DNA of 64,000 nt from the human T2T-CHM13v2.0 reference genome, Homo sapiens. A program made the translations under genes and the position numbers. Below the pieces are notes generated by a model that worked only from the letters and a program-made list of their open reading frames with translations, made no database searches and had not been told where the DNA came from. How positions within the stretch are numbered: the first letter of the stretch is position 1; every line of letters begins with the position of its first letter. Shown here piece by piece: positions 28,501 through 40,160 of the stretch. The DNA is taken from the NCBI RefSeq assembly GCF_009914755.1, contig NC_060925.1; one strand, 5' to 3'.

Positions 28501-31500
28501 TTTGCATAAAATGGAGGCCAGTGCTAATAGCCAAGACAATGGGGGGGAAAAGCCTTGGAGGCATTTCAGAGATGGTTGCAGCAGCCCTTGGTGTCACAGA
28601 CCCTGGGGCCTAGGAGAGAAGAATGGTTTCTGGGGCCAGCCCCATGGCCCTGCTGCTGTATGCAGCCTCAGGACACTGCTGCCTGCATCCCAGCAGCCGC
28701 AGCTCCTGCTCCGACCTTGGCTGAAAGATGCACAGGTACAGATTGCATCACTGCTTCAGAGGGTACAAGCTATAAGGCTTCACGGCTTCCACATAGTCTT
28801 AAGCCAGCAAGTCCATAGAGCACCAGCCCAGAGGCTTCAGAGTATTCATATAGATTTTGGAAGATGTATGAAAATGCCTGAGTGTCCAGACAGAAGGCTG
28901 CCAAAAAAGCAGAGCCTCCTGGGAAACCTCTACTAGGGCAGTGCAGAAGGAAAATATGGGGTTGGAGCCCCCACACTGGAGGCCACCATATGCAGACCCC
29001 AGATTCATAGACCCACCAAGAGCTTTGTACACTCTGTGCGTAAAAACTACAGGCACTCAACACCAGCACAGGCCATGAGGACAGCTGTGGGGACTGAAAA
29101 CTGCAAAGCCACAGGTGCAGATCTGCCCAAGGCCTTGGGAGTCCAGCCCTCATGCCCTTGTGCCCTGGATGTGGGACAAGGATTAAAAAAGGATGACTTT
29201 GGAGCTGTAAGTTTGAGTAACTGGCCTGCTGGGTTTTGGATTTTCCTGGGACCTGTAAGTCCCGTTTGTGTTTCGTTGTTCTCTCTGGCAAAAATCTTCC
29301 TTTAGGGTGGGAATTCTTACTCAATGCCTGGACAATCATACCTTGGAAATAGTTAACTTTCTTTGTATTTCAGAGGCTCAGGAACAGAAGGGACTGCATC
29401 TTTGTCTCAGATGAGACTTTGGGCTTCAGACATTGAAGTAAATGCTGGAATGAGTTAAGACCTTGGAGGTCTTAGCCAAGACGATGGGGAAAAGTCATTG
29501 AAGGCGTTTCATAGCTTCACTTCACAGTACTAATTTTCTGTATGATCATAACAAAAAGGGGTTTAATCGGCTGATGGTTCTGCAGGCTGTAAAAAAAAGC
29601 ATAGTGGCTTGGGGAATTGTAAGTAAGGCATCACTGTATTTTGCAAAGTGAGAAGGACATGAGATTTGGGGAGGCAGGGACAGAATAATAAGATTCGGCT
29701 GTGTGTCGCTATGGAAACTCATGTGGAATTGTAATCAGAAATGTTAAAATTGGGGCCAGGTGGAAGGTGATTTAATCATGGAGGGCACTGGGTGTTGCAA
29801 GATGGAGATTGGGGAGGATGGGTGGATTATGCTGGCGGTGAGGGGTGAAAAGTGGGGGTGGGGGGATGATCCCTCACAAATAGTTAAACAGCATCTCCTT
29901 AATCCTTTCCTCATGATGGTGAGTTCTCGTGACGGTTTTGGAGCTGTGAGATTTAATGGATACTTGTCTCCTGGGTTTTGGACTTGCATTGGCCCTGTAA
30001 TTCCATTTGTGTTATTTTCCTGGCAAACCCCTACCCTTTGGATTGAGAAAACTTACCCAATGCCTGTACCATCATTGTACCTTGAAAGAAAAGAACTCCC
30101 TTTTAAATTCAGGGACTTATAGGCAAAAGGGACTGTAGCCTTTTCTCAGGTGAGACGTGGAACTTTTTACATTCGAGTTAATGCTGAAATGACTTAAGAC
30201 TTTTGGCAACTTTTGAAAAGACATGATTATATTTTACTCTGTGAGAAGGATAGGATATTTGGGGGATCAGGGTCAGAATAATATGGTTTAGCTGTGTGTC
30301 CCTACCTAAACTCACATGTAATTGTAATCCCGAATGTTGCAGGTGGGGCCTGGTGAGAGGTGACTTATTCATGGATGGGAGAGGGGTGGGGTTGGAAGTA
30401 AAAACAGGTGGGTAAGGTGGGGAGGAGTAGGCTGGCTGTAGGGTGGTGTGTAGCAGGAAGGGAGTAGCCTGCCACAGAGGCAGAGGCTCATGGAAAACCT
30501 CTACTAAGGCAGTGCACCTGTGGTTTTGCACCTGTGGCTTTGCAGGGTTTAGCACCTGCTGCTGCTCTCATGGGCTGGGCTGGTGTTGAGTACCTGAAGC
30601 TTTTCCATACTGGGGGTGTGAGCTGTTGGTAAGTCCATGACTCTTGGGTCTGGAGGATGGAGGCGTGGGGGCTCCAAGCCCATATTTTCCTTCTGTACTG
30701 CCCTAGTAGAGGTTTTCCAAGGGGATCTGTCTCTGCCTCAGGCTTCTGCTTGGAAACAGTGGGTGGTGGATATGGGGAGGTGGGCAGATCCTTCACCAAC
30801 AGTTAAGCACAATCTTCTTGATGCTGATCTCCTGATAGTGAGCTCTCATGAGATCTAGTTGTATAACAGGGTGTCTCACCTCTTTCCTCTCTCTGTCTTG
30901 CTTCTACTCCTGCCATATGAAATATTTCATTGCCGCTTGGCCTTCTGGTATAATTGGGAGGCTTTCTGAGTCCTCCTACAAGCAGAAACCACTATGCTTT
31001 CTTTACAGCCTGAAGAACTGTGAGTCAATTAGACCTCTTTTCTTTATGTAGATACAGAAAATTAATGCTGTGAAGTGAAGTTATGAAATGACTTCTAGGC
31101 GTTTCCCCCATTCTCTTGGCTATTAGCACTGAGCTTTTTTCAATGCAAATATTGGAGGCCATCTTGATGTTTCCCCTGATAATGGACTTTTCTTCTTTTA
31201 CCATATTGCCAGGCTGCAACAAAGATAGCTGACAGTGTAGAAGCAGGTTCCAAATTGGGTAATGGCCAGAGGTTAGAGAGTTTGGAGAGCTTGGAAGAAG
31301 ATAGCAAGATGAGGGAAAGTTTGGACCATTGCAGAGACTTGTTAAATAGTTATGATTAAAAGGCTGACAGAAGGATGGACACTGAAGGCCAGGCTTGTAA
31401 GGTCTCAGATGAAGATGAGGAACTTACTGGGAAAAGGAGTCAAGGTTTTTTTCTTTTGCCTTAGCAAAGTAATTGGCTACACAGTGACCATTCCCTGGAG

Positions 31501-34500
31501 ATCTGTGAAACTGAACTTTAGGGTGATGATTTAGGGTGTATCTGGTGGAATGAACTTCTAAGCAGCAAAGCTGAAGGGTTGTCCGGCCTACGTCGAACAG
31601 CCTGTGCTCCTATGTGTGATGAAAGAAATTACCATAAGTTGGAACTTATATTTAAATGAGAAGCAGAGCTTCAACATTTGGAAAATTTGTAATCTGGACA
31701 AATGGTCAAAAAGAAAAGCTGATTTTCAGGGGGAAAATCAAGAAGCCTTCGGATATTTGCATAAAAAGGAGCCCAGTGCTAATAATTCAAGACAATGGGA
31801 AAAAGGCCTTGAAGGTGTTTCAGAGATCTTTGTAGCAGCCCTTGCTGTCACTGGCCCTGGGGTTTAGGAGAAAAGAATAGTTTCCTGGCCCAGCCCCATG
31901 GCTCCACTGCTGTGTGCAGCCTCAGGACACTGCTGCCTGCATCCTTGCAGCTCCTTTTCCAGCCCCAGCCATAGATGAAAGATGCACAGGTACAGCTTGC
32001 GTCACTGCTTCAGAGGATGCAAGCTCCAAGCCTTGGTGGCTTCCACATAGTGTTAAGCCAGCAGGTGCATAAAGCACAGGACTAGAAGCTTCAGAGCCTT
32101 GGTCTGGACTCCAGAGTATATATCAGAAATCCTGAGTGTCTAGCCAGAAGCTTTTCCAAGAGGCAGAGCCTCATGGTAAACCTCTACTCGGGCAGTACAA
32201 AAGGAAAATATAGGGTTGGAGTCCCCATACAGGGAGGCACCATTTTCCAGACCCCAGTATCATAGACCCACCAGCTGCTTGCACCCTTAGTGTTGAAAAG
32301 CTACAGGCACTCAACACCAGCCTAGCCAATGACGGCAGCTGTAGGGGGGAGATTCTGCAATGCCACATGTGCAGAGCTGCCCAAGGCCTTGGGATCCCAG
32401 CCATCACAAAACCCTGTGCTCTGGATGTGGACATAGATTCCAAAAAGATGATTTGAAGCTGTATGATGGAATGCCTGGCCTGCTGGGTTTTTGACTTGCA
32501 GGGGGTGTGTAAGTCCCATCTGTGTTTTGTGCTTCTTTCTGGGAAATTTCTTCTATTTGGCTTGGAATGCTTACCCAATGCCTGTACAATCATTGTAACT
32601 TGGAAGTGGTTAACTTGCTTTGTATTTCAGAGGCTCAGGCCAGAAGATATGGCAGCCTTGTCTCAGAGGAGACTTTGGCCTTTGGACATTTGAGTAAATG
32701 CTGGGATGAGTTAAGATTTGGGGGACTCTAGGGAAGGCCTCATTGCATTTTGCAATGTGAGAAAGACATGAACTTTGGGGGACCAGGGACAGAATAATAT
32801 GTTTTGGCTCTGTCTCTACCAAAACTCATGTAGAATTTTAATGGGAAATGTTAAAGGTGGGGGCTGGTGGAAGGTGAGTTAATCATGTTGAAGAGTGGAG
32901 GTTAGATGGTTGGGGGGTGGGGAGGGTTGGGGGGATTAAGGGGTGGGGAGGGTTGGGGGCGATTGTGGTGGGGTTGGGGTGAAAGGCAGGGGTAGGGGGT
33001 AGATCCTTCACAAATGGACATTTGAGTAAATGCTGGAATGAGTTCAGACATTGGGGGACTGTAGAGAATGCATCATTGTATTTTGCAGTATGAGAAGGAT
33101 GTGAGATTGGGGGGCCAAAGGGAGAATAATACGATTTGGCTCTGTGTCCCTACCAAAACTCATGTGGAATTATAATGGGGAATGTTAAGTGTGGGGCTTG
33201 GTAGAAGGTGATTTAATCATGGTAGAGAATGGGGGTTGGAAGGGGGATGTGGGAGAATGGAGGTTCATGGTGTGGGTGAGGGTGAAACATGGGGATGGGT
33301 GTCAGATCCTTCACAAATGGTTAAATACTATCTCCTTAATGCAGTCTGTGTGACAGTGAGTTCTTGTGATAAATGAATGCTGTCCTGCTGGGTTTTGGAG
33401 TCGGATTGGGCCTGTGTCCCATTTGTGTTATTTTTCTAGGAAACCCTTCCCTTTGGTTTAAGAAAGCCTACCCAGTGCCTGTGCCATCATTGTAACTTGA
33501 AAGAAAAGAATTGTCTTTTACATTCAGGGACTCATAGGCAGAAGGGATTGTAGCCTTGTCTTGGATGAGACTTGAACTTACTACATTTGAGTTACTGCTG
33601 GAATGAGTTAAGACTTTTTGAAACTTTTGAAAAGGCATGTTTGTATTTTTCTGTGTGAGAAGGACATGAGATGTGGGGGTGTCAGGGTCAGGATAATATG
33701 GTTTGGCTGTGTTTCCCTACAAAAACTCATGGGGAATTGTATTCCTGACAGTTGTAGGTTGGGCCTGCTGGGAGGTGATTTAATCACAAACGGGAGGTTG
33801 GTAGGGGTGGAAGGGAAAACAAATGGGTAGGATGGGGAGGAGTAGGCTGGCAGTAGGGTGGTGAGAGGTTCGTGGGCAGTAGTAAGGGGGAGTAGCCTGC
33901 TGCAGAGGCAAAGCCTCAAGGAAAACCTCCACCAGGGCAGTGCACCTATGGCTTTGCTGGGTGTAGCCCCCATGGCTGACCTCATAGGCTGGGCTGTTAT
34001 TGAGTGGCTGTAGCTTTTCCATACTGAGAGTGCAAGCTGTTGGTGAGTCTATGAATCTGGGGTCTGAGGATGGTAACCTCCTGTGTGGGGCCTCCAAGCC
34101 CATATACTTTTTCTGCTCTGCCCTATTAGAGGTTTTCCTAGTGGCTCTGCCTCTTCCTCAGGCTTCTGCCTGGAAACAGTGAGGGGTGTGGGTGGTAGGG
34201 GGCAGAACTTTCACCAATGATTAAGCAACATCTTCTTGATACTGACCTTGTGATAGTGAGTTCTCAGGAAATCTGGTTGTATAACAGGGTTATACAACGT
34301 GTGGCACCTTTTTCCTCTCTCTGTTTTGTTTCTACTTCTGCCATATAAAACATCCCATTGCTGCTTGGTCTTCTGGTATGATTGGGAGGCTTCCTGAGTC
34401 CTCCCAGAAGCAGAAGCCTCTATGATTTATTTAAAGCTTGCAGAACCATGAGCCAGTTCAACCTCTTTTCTTTCTGATTATACAGAAAAATAATGCCATA

Positions 34501-37250
34501 AAGTGGAACTATGAAATGCCTTCAAGGCCTTTTTCCTATTCTCTTGGCAATCAGCACTCAGCTTCTTTTCAGGCAAATGTCTGAAGCCTGCGTTAATTTT
34601 TCTCCTGAAATGGACTTTTCTTCTTTTACCACATTGCCAGGCTGTGACAAACGTAGCTGAAAATGTAGAAGCAGGTTGAGAAGTGTGTAATGGCCAGAGG
34701 TTGGAGAGTTTGGAGGTCTTGGAAGAAGACAGGAAGATGAGGAAAAGTTTGGATCAGTGTAGAGACTTGTTAAATAGTTATAATTAAAAAGGTGACAGAA
34801 GGATGGACAGTGATCACCAGGCTTAGAAGGTCTCACATGAAAATGAGGAGCTTGCTGGGAACAGGAGTCAAGGTCACTTTTGTTTTTTCCTTAGCAAAGA
34901 ATGTTGCTGCACGATGCCCCTAACCTGGAGACCTGTGAAATTTTGAACATCAGGGTGATAATTTAGAGTGTATTTGGTGGAATGAAATTTTAGGCAGCAA
35001 AGCTTAAGAGGTTTCCTGTCTGTGTCGAACAGCCTGTGGTCCTATATGTGACCAAAGAAATGACCTCAAGGTGAAACTTGTATTTAAATGAGAAGGAGAG
35101 CTTAAAAGTTTGGATAATTTGAAGCCTGGCCAAGTGGCCAAAAAGAAAAGCTGATTATCAGTGGGAAAGTTCAAAAAGTCTTCAGAAATGTGCATAAAAA
35201 GGAGTTCAGTGCTAATAGCCAATACAATATTAAAAAGGTCTTGAAGGCATTTCAGAGACTTTTGCAGCAGCCCTTGCTATCACAGGCCCTGAGGCCTGGG
35301 AGAAAAGAATGGTTTCCTTCTCCAGCCCCATGGCCCCACTGCTATGTCCAACCTCAGGACACTGCTGGCTGCATTCCTGAAGCTCCAGCTCCAGCCTTGG
35401 CTGAAAGATGCACAGGTACTGCTTGCATCACTGCTTCAGGGGTGCAAGCTCCAAGGCTTGGTGGTTTCCACATAGTGTTAAGCCAGCAGCTGCACACAGC
35501 ACAAAACTAGACGCTTGCAAGCCTTTGTCTAGACTCCAGAGTATGTACGGAAGAACCTGGGTGTTCACACAGAATCTTTTCCAAGAGGCAGAGCCTCATG
35601 GGAAACTTTTACTAGGGCAGTACAGAAGGAGAATTTAGGGCTGGAGTCCCTAAATATGGAGGCACCGTTCTCCAGACTCCAGATTCATAGACTCACCAAC
35701 AGCTGGCACCCTTAGTATGGAAATGCTACAGGCACTCAACATCAGCCCAACCCATGAGGGCAGCTGTGGGGTATAGACCCTGCACAGCCACAGGTGCAGA
35801 GCTACCCAAGGCCTTGGAAGCTCAGGCATCACACACCTGTGCTCTAGATGTGAGATGTAGATTCAGAAAAGATGATTTGGAGCTGTAGGATTCAATGACT
35901 GGCCTGCTGGGTTTTTGACTTGCATGGGGTCTGTAAGTCCTTGTACATTTCAGTAAATGCTGGAATGAGTTAAGTCATTGGGGGACAGTAGAGAAATCAT
36001 CAGTGTATTTTGCAGTGTGACAAGGATACAAGATTTGGGGAGCAAGAGCCAGAATAATATGATTTGATTCTGTGTCCCTACCAATGCTCATGTGGAATTG
36101 TAGTGGGGAATGTTAAAGGTGGGACCTGGTGGGAGGTGATTTAATCATGGAGAAGAGTGGGTGTTGGAGGTAGGGGTGTGGGGAGAATGGGAGAGATTAT
36201 TTTGTGGGAGGGAGTGAAAGGTGAGGGTGGGGGGCAGATTCTTCACAAATGAGTAAACTCTATCTCCTTAATGCTGTCCGCACGACAGTGAGTTCTCTTG
36301 ATGATTTTGGAGCTGTGAGATTGAGTGAATACTGTCTTGCTGGGTTTTGGACTTGCATTTGTGTTATTTTTCTGGGCAACTTCTTCCCTTTGGATTGAGA
36401 AACCTTACCCAATACCTGTTCTACCTTGAAGGAAAAGAAATCCCTTTTAAATTCAGGGACTCATTGGCAGAAGGGACTGTAACCTTGTCTCAGATGAGAT
36501 TTTGAAATTTTTACATTCGGAATGAGTTAAGACTTTTAGAAACTTTTGAAAAGGCATGATTGTGTTTTGCTCTGTGAGAAGGACATGAGGTTCTGGGGAA
36601 TCAGGGTCAGAATAATATGAGTTGGCTGTGTGTCCCTATAAAACTCACATGTCATCCTTAATGTTGGAGGTGGGCCAGGTGGGAGGTGACTTAATCTTGG
36701 ATGGGAGGGGGTTGGGGTGGAAGGAAAAGGAGGGATAGTGTGGGGAGGAGTAGGTTGTCAGTAGGGTGGTGGGAAGGTGGGAGTAACCTGCTGCAGAGGC
36801 AGAGGCTCATGGGAAACCTCTACCAGGAGAGTGCACCTGTGGCTTTGCAGGGTGTAGCCCCCATGGCTGATCTCATGGGCTGGGTTGGTGTTGAGTGCCT
36901 GTAGCTTTTCCATACTGAGAGTGTGAGCTGTTGGTGGGCTTATTAATCTGGAGTCTGGAGGATCGTGGCCTCTTGTGTGGGGGCTCAAAGCCTATATTTT
37001 CTTTCTGCGCTGCCATAGTGGAAGTTTCATAAGAGGTTCTGCCTCTGCAGGAGGCTTCTGCCTGGAAGCAGTGGGCAGTGGTGTGGTTGGAGAATCCTTC
37101 ACCATTGGTTAGTCTTCTTGATGCTGATCTCCTGATAGTGAGTTCTCATGTGATCTGGTTGTCTAACAGGATGTCACACCTCTTTCCCCTCTCTGTCTTG
37201 CTCCTACTCCTGCCATATGAAACATCTCATTGCCTCTTGGTCTTCTGATA
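22557..37250 (+). mobile_element. Tandemly amplified, rearranged THE1D/MSTA-type MaLR (LTR plus internal) array with ~3.2 kb higher-order unit
   Basis: Repeated LTR motifs (tgtgtccc..aaactcatgt; cagaagcagaagccactatg; aattaaacctcttttc) and THE1-int motifs (cagatgagactttgg; gtgagaaggacatgag). Landmark gtagcctgctgcagaggca recurs at ~24110, 27200, 30463, 33890, 36782. Confidence 0.88.
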
Positions 37251-37254
37251 TGGT

Positions 37255-38020
37255 TAGGAGGGGCCTGATCAGTGTGGGCCTGCTCAGTGGACCTAGTCAG
37301 TTGGGACTTGTCAGTGAGGCCTATTTAGTGGGGGGTGGTCAGCAGGGGTCTGCTTAGAGCGGGTCTCATTAGAGGGATCTAGTAGTGTATGTCTTGGTGA
37401 GTGGGTTGATAGTGGTAGACAAATGTTTGGTGTCTGGTCAGTGCCAATCTGGGCTGTGGGACTTGGTCAGTGGAGACCTTAGGACCGAGTCAGCAGAGAC
37501 GCTTGTCAGTGGGGCCCTGGTCAGGGCAGGCTGGTCCGTGGAACTTAATCAGTGGGGGCCTGGTCAGAGAGGACTTGATCATTGGTGGCTTTTGTAGCAC
37601 TGGTCTACGGGGTGACCTGGTCAGCGGGGATCTGAGCAGTGTGTGCCTGTTCAGTGGGGCGTAGTCATTAGGGTCCCAGTCAGGGGCATCTTGTCACCTC
37701 AGTCCTGGTTAGCAGGGGCCTGGTCACTGGCTGCCTATTCCCTGCAGGCCTGGTCAGTGGGGCTTCGTCTGTGGGACCAGACGATGAGGTCATGATCGGC
37801 GGAACCTGATCAGTGAGGCCTTGTCAGTAAGGACCTCGTCAGTGAGGCCTTGCCAGTGAGGCCTTGTCAGTAAGGTCCTCGTCAGTGGAGTCCTGGTCAT
37901 TGTGGGCCTGGCAGCGGGAATCTAGTTAGTGAGGCCTGGTGATGGGGCTCTAATCAGTGAGGGTGTGGTCAGGGAGGAAGTGATATGCTGGATCTGGTCA
38001 CCAGGGACCTGGTCAGTGGG
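37255..38020 (+). repeat. Degenerate GGTCAGTG repeat, copy B
   Basis: Same motif as 18755-19390; alignable by eye to 51885-52790. Confidence 0.85.
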
Positions 38021-38237
38021 GGCTGCTGAGTACTGCTGGGAGATGTCAGGGGAAATGCATGTTATCGAGGAGCCTGTGGACAGCTGGGGTGGCCCAGTGG
38101 TGTTCAGTGGCCCAGTCAAAACTGGACAAAGCAGGTGTTTGGATGGACCTGGGAGATCTTGCTCAGAGATTCTGACAGGACAAAGGTAAAGGAAGGGCCA
38201 GAGTGGTCGGAGAGATAGTCACAGTCTATGGTCTGCA

Positions 38238-39197
38238 CAGGATGGAGGAGGCCAGGGAACAGGCAGGTTGGGCAGCTTGGTTTCAGGGAGAGGCAGGTGC
38301 ATGCTGGGAGGTCAGACCCTATGAGGGTTGTGGGGGCGTCAGGTGGTGTGGGCTCCAGGTGCACCCTCAGCGCACTGGGCAGGTCTTGGCCCAGGCTCCC
38401 TGGACCTTGGCCGGGTGATGTGGTCACTTGCTGGGAGACTGTTGTCAGGTGCTGGCCACCCACCCTGGGTAGCACTGTCCCATCTCAGGACTGGACTTCC
38501 TCAGATACTGTAGAGAGCACAGCCTCCAGCCCAGGAGGGGCAGCCCCTTGGTGCAGCCTGAGCTCTCCATGGGCCTGGAGCATCCCCTGCCAGCCCTGCA
38601 CTCCCTCTTCTCCCAGGTCCCACTTTTCCAGGGTCAGCCAGTGGGGAGGCCCCTTCCTCACTTCCCTATGTGTCTCCTGGGCTGAAACTTGCAGTGCACT
38701 GGGACAGGGATGAGGCTTCCCTAAGGCCCATTTAGGGAGAGGACTGGCTCCCAGCCTGGCACAGGTCCTCAGCTCTGCCTTGGTTGCCTTAGAATGAGAT
38801 GTATCAGTACCTTTACCTGAAGGTAAAGGTAGGAGACTGTCCCTGCTGTTGGGAGGCTGGTCTAGGGATGGAGGACTTCACAGGTCCTCCCAGTCTGTCA
38901 GGCCTGGGCAGCACTGTCCTGTTTTAGGACTCAGAAAGTCCAGTTCTGGGATGGGACGGTGCTGCCCAGGGAGGGTGGCCAGGGTCTGACAGCAGTCCCC
39001 CAGGGAGTGACCACATCACCCAGCCGGGGTCCAGGGAGCCTGGCCTGAGACTTGCCCTGTGCACTGAGGGTGCACCTGGAGCCCACTCCACCTGATGCCC
39101 CCACACCCCTCACAGGTCCTGACCTCCCAGCATGCACCTGCCTCTCCCTGAATTCCAGCTGTCCACCCTGCCTGTTCCCTCACTTCCTCCATCCTGT
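38238..39197. repeat. Inverted repeat, ~270-bp arms (38238-38510 / 38925-39197), ~410-bp spacer
   Basis: Near-identical peptides on opposite strands (ALRVHLEPTPPDAPT.L.G.DLPACTCLSL in ORFs 38116..38475 minus and 39052..39384 plus). Confidence 0.9.
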
Positions 39198-39382
39198 CCA
39201 GCAGGATGGGATGGGCAGGGGGACAGCCTGTGTGCACATTTCATGGCAAGCAGGAGTGACACACCATCCCTGGGAGGCGCCTTGGTTCCTCCAAAACCCG
39301 GCCCCAGAACTCTGTCCTTGGGGTGGTTTTACCAAACCCCAAACCCAGAACTGTGGTTGTGGCTCAGGGGTCAGCACCCGCT

Positions 39383-39785
39383 AGTTCTACAATGTCGCCA
39401 AGGACTTTGATTGTACAATGTTCTTATTTTCAATAGTCATTCCAAATATTGTGAGATGCATTGTTTCAGGAAGCCCCTTGCCCTCCTAAAAGCCACCCTA
39501 CTTCTCTCTAAGGAGAATGGCCCAGTCCTCTCCCGAGTTCACACATGGTAGGCGATAGCATTGCTTTTGTGTAAATTACATAATGCAAAATTTTTTAAAT
39601 CTTTGCCTTAATACTTTCAAATTTTGTTTTATTTTGAATGACTAGCCTTCATGGCCCCACTTTTTTGTACCCCAACTTGTAATGTATGAAGGGTTTTGGT
39701 CTCCCTGAGAGTGGCTCAAGGCAGCCAGGGCTTACCTGTACTCTGACGTGAGAAAAGTTGGATAAAAGTGTTCACCTTTAAAAAA
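39383..39785 (+). pseudogene. ACTBP: ACTB retrocopy fragment (distal 3'UTR plus poly-A remnant)
   Basis: aggactttgattg..aatagtcattccaaatat..cctaaaagccacc..tctctctaaggagaatggcccagtcctctccc..gcagccagggcttacctgtac..ataaaagtg match recalled ACTB 3'UTR; AATAAA mutated to GATAAA at 39761. Confidence 0.92.
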
Positions 39786-40160
39786 TTGAATGACGAAGCA
39801 TTAACAAAAACAGTATTTCAGTACAGTGGACAGCTTAGCTTTTTGACAATTGGGAATAAAATGCTCATTTCTGAACTGTACAATGTAAGACACAAAAACA
39901 AAACACTGGAAATGGAAATTCAATTATGTCATTATAGACTGGCTACTGCTCTATATGACTGTGACCAAAGTCAGATAGTTGAAAGAGATTTCTTTCCAGA
40001 GAACAAGACATGAACAGGTTTATTTACAGAAAACAATGAATTCTCATATATCTAACCTAAAATATAGCAGATTCTTTCCGAACAAGTCTAATGTAGACAG
40101 TAAAATTAACAGGCTAAAAATTAAGCTCCATCAAACAAGATGAACTCTGAGAGAATAGAT
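39786..40160 (+). pseudogene. ANKRD26/POTE-family large coiled-coil exon remnant
   Basis: LNDEALTKTVFQYSGQLSFLTIGNKMLISEL...HYRLATALYDCDQSQ then FQRTRHE..LQKTMNSHISNLK; matches recalled ANKRD26 [30 protein letters not shown]...; frameshifts and stops. Confidence 0.85.

Noticed and set aside
22650-36988. ORFs in the THE1 array as coding genes
   Set aside because: Fragments of degenerate MaLR internal sequence, not conserved between units.
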